This document shows positions 12,094-23,662 of a stretch of 64,000 nt of DNA, piece by piece; the first letter of the stretch is position 1, and the number at the start of each line of letters is the position of its first letter. The DNA lies in NCBI RefSeq assembly GCF_018977255.1, contig NW_024704742.1:83206001-83270000 (forward strand), in the 5' to 3' direction. Under the pieces are notes generated by a model, which saw only the letters and a program-made list of their open reading frames with translations, was not told the DNA's origin and did not search any database. Origin of the DNA: Callorhinchus milii. Taxonomy: Eukaryota. The position numbers and the translations under genes were made by a program.

Positions 12094-13611
12094 CCTTTTA
12101 CTGGAAGGAGTTATTTCCCAGTTTCTTTATTAAGGACTCACTGTGGAGTGAACCTAAGGTAGATGTGTGTTAATGGAGTGTCAGGAGATTGTATCAGCAG
12201 TCCGATCATCTGTGTTTTGTGCCAGCATCTGCATCCCTACCCCTCAGAAAACCAGAGTTAAAATCTTCAGGAAAAAATTTAGCATAACACATTCACTTCC
12301 TTTCCAGCCTATTTTGATACTTCCTGTAGGTTACACAAACATGGTAAAAATATATTTTACTCCAGATCTTGTTTTTAATATTGAAAAATGCCAAGTCATA
12401 TCGCTTAACAGTCTAAACCCTATAGGCGATTTTGATCTAATTTTTTTTCAGTAGTTCCTATTGAATAAACATCCCCATGTAAAAAAAACCTAGCTAGTTC
12501 CAGCTAGTGTATGCCATGTCTCCAAAAAATACAATGTGGATGTTTCAGCTTGTCTCAGTTGATAGCACTTTTGTCTCTGTGTCAGAAGATTGTGGCATCA
12601 ATTCTACATAGGGTTGAAGCCCCACATTGGGACTTTGAGCTCACAGTCTAGGCTGACACTCCAACGTCAATGTAACACAACACACTTGAAACCAATCACT
12701 GCAAAATAATGGTCATCCAACTATAAAATTCTTTGTTGGAGTCTCATGAGTTTACCGACTCTAGAGCATGCCTCTTAGCCAAGTATGAGATTCCCCGACG
12801 TGAAAGCCACTCTACAAATATAATTTGTTGTTGTTGCATACACCCAATTGTGGCTCTCTACCTTAATGTGACTTATCCCAACACGTTATCACAGCAAACA
12901 TGTTGATTGGCCAAATTATCTCTCATTATAATGTATAATGTTTATAAATTCATTACTATGCTTGTAATATGTAAGAAATATTTAACTTCCTACCTACTCT
13001 AGCAATCCAGCAGTTTAGTCTGTTATCAAAGTTATTAGTGAAAATGTCTTTCAGTCCTAGCTCTGCTGATCTCTGTCTCATTGTAGAACTCTAGGCTGAT
13101 CTTCATCTTCACAAAGGCACTCTCTCCATTGATCCTTTCTGGTTTAAGACCAACATTAAATTTTATTTGTTTCTTTCAGACCTCTATTTTTAACTTATAT
13201 CCAAAGTTAGCTCTTCTATTTTCTCCCAGAGATGTACCTATAAACATCTTCTTCCTTTGCTATTTGCTTCAATCACTCCCACTCCCAGTCTTTTCTGCTT
13301 CATGGAAATGTATTTGTTTTCATCCCATTCCTGAGAAAAGTAATCTCTTACCTTTGAAATGACCACATTATTGGCCTTGTGTCAGTATATTCTAACTATT
13401 TTGAGAGTTGAAACTTGAAAGATCTGACCAACCTATTATGACCAATATTGCTTTCAGCAAGGCTTCTGCACTGGAATTCTTATCTATGTTTGTACCTCTG
13501 GAATAGTGCAATTACAAACTTCGGTGATTTATTTGTCAAGGGCTTGGACATCTCCAAAGATTTGAAAGAGGGTGGAAGCTTGAACATCTATCACCAAACC
13601 TATGCAATAAC

Positions 13612-13715
13612 AATAATAATGCTTGCATTTGATATAGCACCTTATCACGTCTTCTAGACATCTCAAAGCGCTTCACAGAATATACTGTAAGGTGAATTGA
13701 CTGTATGTTTTGTGG
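13612..13715 (-). mobile_element. SINE 3' tail fragment
   Basis: ttgcatttgatatagcaccttatcacgtcttctagacatctcaaagcgcttcacag. Confidence 0.8.
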
Positions 13716-13729
13716 TCATCTAGTGGTTA

Positions 13730-14305
13730 TTAAGCGAGGTTGCCTTGGAGCTGAACCGGCTCCAAGGTGACATACTTGGCAATAAAATGTTGGAATCGAG
13801 CCATCCCTCTGTGGCAGTCTCGGTAACCCAGTTCCTGAGCCATGTGCGTCGGCAGTATTCCAGGACACTGCTGATGACAGCACAGCCCGCCTGCTTCATC
13901 AAGGGGCAGACCAATCACTGGGGGCAAAGAGTCATCCCGCTCAGCTCCTGCAAGCCAAAGCCCTAACAGGTAGGATGGTCCTAACTGGTCAAGCAACGAG
14001 AAAGCTTGCCAGACAGCAATATCAATGGCAAGCTATGTGGTTTCAGCTGTTTAGACTCCAGCAGTCTAACCAGTCCCAACACACTCTGCGGTTTCCAAGC
14101 TTTGGCTCTTGCCAAGGTGTGCCTAATAGTTTCCAGAATTAGGTAAGCAGGAAGGGTCCCTCCAGAGAAACAGTGCACATTCCAACAATCTACCTCTGGA
14201 ATTTCCATGTGTTGCTGGGATGCATGGAATTCTCAGTTTGGTCTGGATACCCATAGGCATGGTGATGGGTTTCTGTATGTGTCACGCACCCGGCTGACCA
14301 AAGAA
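13730..14305 (-). mobile_element. Decayed CRE-like (restriction-like endonuclease) non-LTR retroelement C-terminus, longest copy
   Basis: Ordered motifs across frameshifts: KLRIPC, VDCWNVHCFS, ETIRHTLARA, DQLGPSYL, AGAE, QELGYR, QLQGNLA*. Confidence 0.55.
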
Positions 14306-14959
14306 AGTGGTCATCTAGATTTGTCTTAAATTGCTCTATCCATGAGCTCAGGGATTAATCCAGGCTTGGTTCTCTCCCACTTTATTTTCCCTTCACATTC
14401 CTCTATGCATCCTATAGCCATAGCCACTGTTTTGCTGATGTTTGCACTCAGCATTCATCAACATCACATGAACTAAGTAAATGCAGTCTTCATTCTCTCA
14501 CAGTGCAACAGCTGAATCAGTCAGCCTTGATCTCTTCTTTCCTACAATCGAGCACTGAAATCTAGTCTCTTTCAATTCTTCAAAGGTACAGTGTTTTCAC
14601 GTCTCTCATGTGTCTAGGAAATAAACTACCATCTCTTACCTTTGATGACTTCATCTATCAATATTTTTTATCTCACTGCTCGTCTGATCTCAAATTCAGC
14701 TGTTTCTCTGATGGAACTGTTTCCAAGAAGTTTGGTTTCCTCTTTCATGACAAAATTTTATTTTCCCCTCAACAATTCTAAAACCCAAGTCCATCCAAGA
14801 CTTGAAAACTGCCCCTATTTCTGGGCGACTCTTTCCTTACTACCTTACCTTTTTAAATTTTAAATGACATTGCAAAAGTAAACAAAACAACATTTTCAGA
14901 TGCACTGAGACAGTAGAACACGAGAATATAGGTTTAGAATTACAAAGGCAATTTCAAGA

Positions 14960-15150
14960 TAGACACCAGTTCTGTTTTATCACAGGACTGGAATAGGTTA
15001 CGAGGAAGCGAGGTTAAGGCCAAGACAGTGGACTCATTTAAAAACAGCTTGACGCTGTGATGAGGAAACGTTAGAGTGGATGTTATGAAAGAGCAAGACC
15101 AAGTGGGCACAAGTGCCTTCTTCATCTGAACTGATCATGTGATCTATATT
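14960..15150 (+). mobile_element. CR1 LINE 3' end fragment
   Basis: tggaataggtta...gttaaggccaagacagtggactcatttaaaaacagcttgac (WNxL..V.AKTVDSFKNSLD). Confidence 0.6.
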
Positions 15151-15375
15151 GATTTCTACAGTTCTAAATAAGAACTGGTTTTCAAATTAAGACTGAATTG
15201 AAGAATTTGTCAATTTTACTTTTATTGATAAAATGGTCTTACATGCTAAGATTAGGTTAAATGTCCAACCTCCGATCCTTTCAGGCTTCAAACATTTTGT
15301 TTATCTTCCTTGCACTTTCATTGTTTTGAAATCAAGACCCTCCTAAGGCATTATACAAATGTAATTTATTGTTGT

Positions 15376-17045
15376 ACAACAACAACAAAATTACACTTAT
15401 ATAGCGCCTTTCACGTTGGGAGGACGTCCCAACGCACTGGACAGACAGAGTTTCGGACCCGAGCTGAGGGTCGGGGTGGGGGAGGGGGGAGGGAGGTGGG
15501 GGGAAGCAGGAAGATTAAAAGCACGGTTTAGAAGCCGATTAGAAGCCAGTGGAGTCGGACGAAGATGGGGGTGATAGGGTCACGGAGCCTGGTGCGGGAG
15601 AGGACACGGGCTGTAGAGTTCTGGATGATCTACAGCCTGTGGATGGAGGAGTTGGTGAGGCCAACAAGCAATGAGTGAAATAAAGGCATGTATGAGGGTT
15701 TTGGCGGCCTCCAGTGTGAGACGGTGTCGGAGTGGGCGACGTTGCGGAGGTGGGGGAAGGCAGAGCGGGTTATGGAGCGAATGTGGGGTAGAAAAGATAG
15801 TTGAGGGTCAAACAAGACCAAAAAATACTGGACTGGCTTAGCAAGGTGGAGTGTGCAACCATGGATGGTGATACTGTCAGCGCCTGAGGTGAGGAGGCGC
15901 TGACGGGAGCCAATCAGGAGAGCCTCGGTCTTGTTGATGTTCAACTGAAGAAAGTTACCTCTCATCCAGGACTTGATGTCTGACAGACATTATGTCAGCA
16001 CAACAGTGATTCTGGAGTCGAGAGTGAAGGCAGTGAGATAGAGTTGGGTGTCATCCACGTACATGTGGAAGTTGACCCCATGTCTGCAGATGATGTCACC
16101 AAGAGGGAGCATATAGATGTTGAAGAGGAGGGGACCAAGGACAGAGTCCTGAGGAATGCCGCATGAGATGGTTCGGGGGCTAAAGGAGAAGCCATTTGAG
16201 GAGATGAAGTGCAGGCAGTTTGAGAGGTACAATCTGAACCAATCAAGGACAGCGCAGTGGAGGTTGAGGTGAGAGGAGAGGCGGTGGATGAAGATAGAGT
16301 GGTCGATGGTGTTGAAAGCAGCAGAGAGGTCAAGGAGGATGAGGAGACAGAGGGAGCCCTGGTTGCAGATGGACAGAATGTATTCTGTAACTTTGACCAG
16401 GGCGGTTTCTGTGGCATGGAAGCCCGATTGGAGAGGTTCGAGAAGGGAGCGGCAGGAGAGGAAGGAACAAAGCTGAGAAGTAACAACTCACTCCAGGACC
16501 TTGGAGAGGAAGGGGAGGTTGGAGATGTGGCAGTAGTTAAAGAGTAGAGAAGGGTCCAGGAGGGTTTTTTAAGAATAAGAATGATGACAGCGTTTTTTAA
16601 AAGGATTGGAACAGTACCAGAGGACAGGGAGAGGTTAACGATGTCAGTGAGTAGAGGGGCAAGGAGATGGAGCTGGGAGTTAAGGAGGAAGGTAGGGATG
16701 GGATCCAGGGAGCAGGTGGTGGGTTTCATACGGGTTATGGTTGTAATGAGAGAAGAGGGGAAGACGGGTTCAAAAGTGTGGAGGGAGGGGTGGGTAGGGG
16801 CTGGGGTGGGAGGAGGAGATGGGGTGGGGGTAGCAGATGCAGTGGCAGAGGCAGCCGAGTGGATTCCCTTGACTTCGGATTCAAGGAAGTCCAACATCGC
16901 CTCACAATTGGCATTTGAGGTGAGGATGGGTGAGACATGAGAGAGTGGTCCTAGGAGTCGGTTCGTGATGGAGAAGAGGAGCCTAGAGTTGTCCTTAGCC
17001 TCCAAGATTGTCTTGGAGTAGAACAACGATTTAGCGGATTTAGCA
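15376..17045 (-). mobile_element. L2 LINE, 5'-truncated, frameshifted ORF2 with RT domain and (TTG)n tail
   Basis: KPTTCSLDPIPT, IVNLSLSSGTVP, CGIPQDSVLGPLLFNIYM, FHMYVDDTQLY and NFLQLNINKTE. Tail gggacgtcctcccaacgtgaaaggcgctatataagtgtaattttgttgttgttg. Internal deletion near 15530. Confidence 0.93.
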
Positions 17046-17238
17046 GATTGTAGTTGTTGTTGCTGCTCTTTCTCTTGAGTCATTGTTTTCGGTTTTCCAA
17101 ATTCTCAAGATTATGGACCTGCTTCCATGTCAGTTTTCCTTTCCTCTTACACACTGCAGGTATCTAAAACCCAAGATTATTTTACAAGATTTGCATGTCA
17201 TTGAATGGCTCAGGTTACAGTTGCTGGTTAATTATGAG

Positions 17239-17452
17239 AATAATAATAATAATAATAATAATCCTTGCATTTGATATAGCGCTTTTCACGTCGGGAGGAC
17301 GTCCCAAAGCGCTTCACAGAACACACTTGTAAAGTGAATTGACTATATTTGTGGGCGAACGCGGCAGCCAATTGCGCACAGCAATGTCCCACAAACAGTC
17401 GTAGATTGAAAATGACCAATTTATTATTGTTTTTGGTTTTGGAGGGATTATT
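17239..17452 (-). mobile_element. 5'-truncated tRNA(Ala) SINE, short variant
   Basis: Near-identical to 11270-11479. Confidence 0.9.
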
Positions 17453-17969
17453 ACCAAGTGTAAATGCAGACAGTACCATGCTAACAACCCAGCGGTAATT
17501 GCACAGTATTAGCATTAAGGGTGCTGACATGAACAGACAAACATATTTAACCAAAAAGCTCCTATTCGCTAGCCTTGACAGATCTGCAAAGCTGCTTGAA
17601 AAACAAATAGACTATTTTGGAACCAATTTAAGGTTTTGAGATTTGAATCCCAACATTAGGCTTTCAGATGACAAATTCTTAGTCAAAACTGATATTCAGC
17701 ATTCAAATTGAGTTAAGATCCTAAAAGTTATATAATAATAATAATAATCCTTGCATTTGATACAGAGTCTTTCATGTCAGGATGCTGACCCAAAGCCTTT
17801 CATAGAATATGTTGTAAAATGGAGTAATTGTGTATTTTGTGGGCAAATACTGTAGTCGATCTGCACATAGCAATGTCTCACAAACAGCCATAGAGTGAAA
17901 GACAAGACAAGACTTGCATATTTATATACCCTACTGTATCAAATGCAAGGATTACATTGAAATGTCTCA

Positions 17970-18340
17970 AAGCATTCATAGGTAATTCTTTTCCCCATGT
18001 CAGAACCCTGACCTCACAGTCTAAGATGACACTTCAATCCAGTGCTGGGGAAATAATGCAATGTCAGAAATGCGGTCCTTTGGAAGAGATGTTCAACCAA
18101 GGTATCATCTTCTTGTTTAGGTGGACATTAAAAATCCAATGATACTCTTTGAAAAGAGAAAGGAGCTTCTCTTGATGTCCTGACCAACAGTACTCGTCAT
18201 AAAATTGGTTATTCATCAAGTCTGGGCAAGTTTCGCCCATAGAAAGTACACAATCAATTTACAATATATTCTGTGCAGCACTTTGGGACTTCTAGAAGAC
18301 GTGATGAGACGCTATATCAAATGCAAAGATTATTATATTC
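17970..18340 (+). mobile_element. Deu-domain SINE
   Basis: cagtctaagatgacact...gtggacattaaaaatccaatgatactctttgaaaagagaaaggagcttctcttgatgtcctgaccaac plus tail. Confidence 0.65.
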
Positions 18341-18478
18341 TTAGTAAGTTGGCTGCTGCATATCCTACAAATACAATCACTATACTTCACAGCAATTTTT
18401 GTAAAGCGCTTTGAGGCATTTGAACATTATATGCACTATATCAAATGCAAGGATTATTATTATAACTTAACCACAATA

Positions 18479-19200
18479 CAGTAAACTCCTGATAACTTGC
18501 CACTCCAACATGACAAGTTATATGGCATATGTATACATACATAAATAAATGCGGCCGGGATATTGACAGCATGATGATGTGGAAGGTGACACTAAATGTA
18601 TCATCAGCCTACAAAGGTTATATGACCCTGATGACGTGTATGGTTGGTTCACGTGATAGATAATTGAAGCATGTGCACAGTGTTACCACATAGCCTTATA
18701 CAGTGGTCTTAGTCAAGGTCTTTACACAAAGTCTCAGACTTTCCAACCTTTTCCCACACTAGGAGATAAGATTGCTTAAAACCAGATGGTACCACTCTTC
18801 AGGGTCAGGTAAGATCACATGACTCTGATATGAGTGTGTGAAACTACAGCCGACAAAGGAAAACTGTTCATTGTTATGATTGGATGTGAAAATGCTGCAG
18901 AATTGTCACGGGTCATGGTAAGAAATAATTATTGGTTGTAAAATGCTGCATATTCTGATAAGAAAAAGAATATAACCCTTTGTCTTTATACATTCTTTGG
19001 AAGTACCATCTTGGGTGACTTGGGAACCCGATTGGGTGCTTCCCCTTACCGGTAAGCTTGTAATAAAGCTTGTAATAAAGCTTGTAATAAAGCCTGTACT
19101 GATTACTGTTCATGTTTGTGTGGTCTATGGTTTCATTCCATGACAATGGCTTAAATGGTTCTGACAAGTTAAGCCAGGATCGAGTAACAGGAGTTTATTG
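18479..19200. mobile_element. Probable pogo/Tigger-like DNA transposon remnant
   Basis: TA|cagtaaactcctgata at the left end versus taacaggagtttattg|ca at the right end (14/16 inverted match). Internal frame ADKGKLFIVMIGCENAA resembles pogo DDE_1 transposases. Confidence 0.5.
19053..19095 (+). repeat. 12-bp tandem repeat (aagcttgtaata) x3.5
   Basis: Read directly from the sequence. Confidence 0.85.
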
Positions 19201-19715
19201 CATTAAGTTTAAGATAGGATAGACGCTACTCAAGGCAAATGTTTCAGAAACTTTCTCTGTGAATAGAGCCTGATACAAGTGATTCATCCATTGCAATTCA
19301 CACCCGAAACCATTAATTAGGCTCGTACCTAAAAATTGGTTTCAGCGGATATCTGTGAATGTAGCCCACGCATGCAAGTCTCATCTATTACAGTCATACC
19401 ACAATAACTATGGTACAACATGTGCTGTCTAATCTCTGTCTGAAGTCACAGTCTGCAGGTGTCACTTGTTTGCCAGTGTCCTTTCATCAGCGGCAGTGTG
19501 TTTCAGCAATCTGTGCGTATGGCGCTGCAAGGTTTTAGTTTGTAGCGAACACTTATAATTTACAGTGAAATAACTTTAAATGAACAATTGAGCAATTAAA
19601 GCAGCTGTCATCTTTTATTCCCACTTACATTCCAGCCGGCGCGTATGATTTTAAAAATAACCACTCCCTTGTACTAGGCGCCTAAAGAAGTCAGAAGGAC
19701 TCAAAAATAGAACTG

Positions 19716-20042
19716 TATAATAATATAATATAATAATCCTTGCATTTTGATATAGCACCTTTCACGTCTTCTCGACGTCTCAAAGTGCTTCACAGAATAT
19801 GCTGTAAAGTGAATTGGCCGTATATTTGTGGGCGAAATGTGGCAGCCAATTGCGCACAGCAGTGTCCCACAAACAGTTGTGGATTGAAAATGACCAATTT
19901 ATTATTGTTTTTGTTTTTGGAGGGATTATTATTAGGCGTGTGGAGTAAGGAAACTTGCCCAAGGTTTCGCCCTGCCTGGGATTGAACCCAGGTGTCTCGC
20001 TTGCAAGGCGAGTGCTCAAACCACTGAGCTACAGGCTTCCAC
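19716..20042 (-). mobile_element. Full-length tRNA(Ala) SINE, short variant
   Basis: Head, no central block, ccctccaaaaacaaaaacaataataaattgg, (ATT)n tail. Confidence 0.9.
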
Positions 20043-21080
20043 TCCATAATTGTGCAAAGCCACATGAAGCAAGCATATGTGAACTAAATTAGAGTTTTGT
20101 AGGAAACAAAAGTGTTCAAAATTAACTGCAAGACATTTCAAAATTAATCTTTGGTGTATGTTATTCCACTAATTTCAGCTCTGCACTTGGCGTCTGTGAA
20201 ACTAGTCCACTGTGTAAGAAATGCAGAGAAAAGAGCTTTCATGCGTAAACCAGCAACCCAGAAAAAAGAGCTCCTGCAGTTCACAATGGAGTCACTGCAG
20301 AACCACCAGGTGAAAGAAGCCATCCTATGGGCCATCCTGGTAGACATCGCTTGAAACCTGCAGACCAGCCTGAGATGCAGATTCAGATACCACCCTCTGA
20401 TGCTCACCCTCTCCTCTTGTACTTACTCTCTCTGTCTCTCTAGTTCTCTAGAACAACAACAACTTGTATTTATATAGCAGCTTCACGCAGGATAGCTCTA
20501 GTTGCTCATCTATTGAGACTGAAGTAGTAGAGCTAGACAATGGAGAGATTATATTGTCTAGCTTGAAGACAAAGCAGAACAAAAGTACAGAACGTGTTTG
20601 AGTTTAATAACTGACAGTGTAAGTGGGCATGAGACATTTTAATTGTTCAATTTCAGCAGTTTTAGTTGAATGAAGTCTTGCCTTGTTGCTCTGTACAGAG
20701 TGTTAGCTTGCCAACTGTGTTAAATTGCCACCCCTGGTATTGATTATTAATAATGTTCACAATAATATTGTTCAAACTCACATCACTAATGAATGTGATC
20801 AATGCGACCGGTCAATAAGGTTGAGTAAAATCGGTATTCCCTTCAAGAAATGGAGGTAATGGAACTTTAAGCCCATCCTAAACGTTCCTGAGAGTCCAGC
20901 TTTTCTTTTAAGATCTGCTTTAAGTAGGTGGCCTAACCTGACAGGATCTGACATGATCACTCCAGTTGTTCTTTACTTTCCTTCATGGCTCACTCCTTTG
21001 AGGGCATCTTCATCTGGTTTTCATGATCCCTGTGTGATTGAATCATACCTGTGCACATAGTCTTATTCCAATACTTTTAT

Positions 21081-21505
21081 GTGCCACTCTAGCTCAGTTG
21101 GTAGCACTCTCTTCTCTCAGTCAGAAGGTTGAGGGTTCAAGCCCCACTGGAATTTGAACTCCTATAGTCTTGGCTGGCACTCCAATGCAATGAAGGGGGG
21201 AATCACTACATTGTCGGAGGTGTCCATTCTTCTGCTGCCTGTTCAAGTGGATGTTAAAGATCCAAGGGCACTACTCTAAAAGAGAAAGAATTTTCCCCTG
21301 GTCTCCTGGCCAACAATAATCCAGATAAAAATTATCATTCATTTCACGGCTGTTTCTGAAACATTGCTGTGCGCAAATGGACTGCTACATTCGCCTACAA
21401 ATACAGTCACTACACATTACAGTAAATTCAATGAAGCGCTTTGAAGCTTCCTCCCAATGTGAAAAATGCTGTATTAAATCCAAGGATTATTATTATTATT
21501 TATTA
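21081..21505 (+). mobile_element. Near-full-length Deu-domain SINE
   Basis: tRNA-like head tagctcagttggtagcactctc...gggttcaagcccc, Deu core gtggatgttaaagatccaagggcact...cctggccaac, L2-like tail. Confidence 0.8.
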
Positions 21506-21656
21506 TAATGGGTGTGTACCTCAACAGTATGTTTGATGAATTTTTGGTTCCCTCTGTAGCATCTGTGGATCAGATTGTTTTATTCTAAAACATAATGGGA
21601 TCTTTGACATCTTTCCATGTCTCTATATGGTTATAATAATTCCTTAAAAAAGAAAC

Positions 21657-21710
21657 AGCGCCTTGGGACGTCCTCCCTACGTGAAAGGCGCTACACAAAT
21701 TTATTTTTTA
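21657..21710 (+). mobile_element. Tail-only L2 insertion
   Basis: cagcgccttgggacgtcctccctacgtgaaaggcgctacacaaat. Confidence 0.75.
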
Positions 21711-21776
21711 TATTTTTGATTGTTACAATCAATGTATTTGTGCAAAGTATGATGAATGTATTTGCAGTCTCATGGG

Positions 21777-22504
21777 CAGAGCCAATAGAAAATAGTGGAA
21801 ATATTTGCCAAAAATTGCCGGGGTTTAATTGGTGCTATTGAGAGGCACATTTTACTGGTAACCTACATTTTTTCACTTTATTGATAAAATCTAGAAATAA
21901 CACATATTAGATTGTTGCAAAAAGTTTATTAATGCTTTCTGTGTGTCTCACACATGGGGGCTGGGGTGATAGGGGGAAACACCAGCCCTGAGATCTGCCA
22001 AAAACAGAGTTACCTCGCCAAGCTCACCATTATCCTGACGGTAGGGCAATAGGAGCTCACTGCCTCCTGCCTCTCAGGGCCACCACAGCACACACTCATA
22101 GACACAGAGTGACACACACACGCATATAAACAGAGCAGAGAGAGAACCACAGACATATTCTCTTAAACATACACACGCATATAGAGGAGAGAGGCACAGA
22201 CAAACTAACACAGAGACACTCACAAACACACACATGCAGAGGAGAGTGACACACAGACACAGTCAACAGCGGGGTCTCGGAGTGGAGCAAAGCCCATTTC
22301 CTGCTCACACCACACCTGAGCTGCTCCACCCTCAGTAACGTCGAGTAAACAGTGCGCAGAGGCCCAGGTGCCAAGGACACTTCACTTTGTACAGATTTTT
22401 AATGGAGGGCGCTTGTTTTTAGTGGAAGGGGGTGTTTATTACAGAGGGTGTTGTTTTAGCGGATTCCATTGAAACATTGTGGCGGCACTTTTCTGTTGTC
22501 CCAG
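21777..22504. mobile_element. Non-autonomous hAT-like DNA transposon, copy 1
   Basis: TIRs cagagccaatagaaaa and cacttttctgttgtcccag; perfect 8-bp TSD ctcatggg (21769-21776, 22505-22512); both arms homologous to 57513-60135. Confidence 0.8.
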
Positions 22505-23280
22505 CTCATGGGGTAACATGAGCTTGTTTCCTCACATTACATGCAAAAAGTATTCCGAAATACTGTTCGAAAGACATCAAACTGCATTTCCTTTTATGAT
22601 GAATAAAACAAAAGGAGAGTTAGGAGTTCAATATTCATTTCAGTAAAAAAAACAAGCTTGTTCCTGGTTGTCTGACAGGCCTGCTCATTTCTTTATAAAG
22701 AGGAGAAGAATCTAATGAAAACATACAAGTGAGGGTTTTTTTAATTCCATTTCAGACAATTCCTTATTTCCTAATGTAGAGAGAGATACATGGCAGCATG
22801 ATAGCTTCAGAAACCCAAGGGAGACTCTATCTTAATACTAATTTTCAAAATGTCATAAGATGTATTGCAAGGAGATGCCAGCCGCAAATCGAAGTTTACA
22901 CCTTTGAGTGTTCGGAGATTGCAGTCATAAGGCAGTGCATGGGGCTGAATCTCTGCTAGACAATTCTACATTCACCTCTGCAAGTGATGGGAAAACAGGA
23001 GATGAACTGTCAAACGAAAATGTCAAACGTTAGTCAAATCACTAAAACTTTTAAAGCTCAGTTATCCATGGAGGATAATCGTTGACCTCAAAGTAAATGG
23101 TTTTTACTTCTTCCTCATGTATTTGCTCTCTTGGTTCGGTTCAACTGCATACATCTATTCCATCTACAGAGGCTCCTCTAGCTACCCTCACCCTCAGTTC
23201 AATAACCGTGCGATAATAGGATAATCTTATATAGACTTCCCTTGCTTTCCCCAAATTCAGTTTATTCCACTAAAGGGACC

Positions 23281-23662
23281 TATAATAATAATAATAATCC
23301 TTGCATTTGGTATAGGGCCTTATCATATCGTTGAGATGTCTCAAAGCACTTCACAGAATATACTGCAAAGTGAATTGACTGTTTATTTTGTGAGTGAGCC
23401 AATTGCGCACAGCAGTGACCCACAGACAGTCGTGGATTGAGTGACCAAATTATCATTTACTTTATGTATTTATTTATTTTGAAGGAATTATCATCCCTGG
23501 AAAGCGATCCGCCAACCAACTAACAACCGGGTCCTACTTATTGCTGGGTAAACAGGCATGTAGAGTAAGGAAAATTGCCTCAAGGTTTTGCCCTGCTCGG
23601 GAATCAAACTCAGGTCCTCTCGCTTGCGAGGCGAGTACTCTAAGCAATACGCTACAGGCCTC
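23281..23662 (-). mobile_element. Full-length tRNA(Ala) SINE, long variant
   Basis: Head ctcgcctcgcaagcgag (CGC, Ala), central block, (ATT)n tail. Confidence 0.9.

Noticed and set aside
15995..17083. Intact L2 ORF2
   Set aside because: The frame shifts out of RT midway, YADD reads YVDD, and the element is 5'-truncated and internally deleted
21950..22060. Structured RNA or HDV-like ribozyme inside hAT copy 1
   Set aside because: I could not build the required pseudoknot, and copy 2 does not conserve the segment
22756..22835. Possible plus-strand exon after ttccatttcag
   Set aside because: The only open frame is short and unrecognised, with no supporting exons
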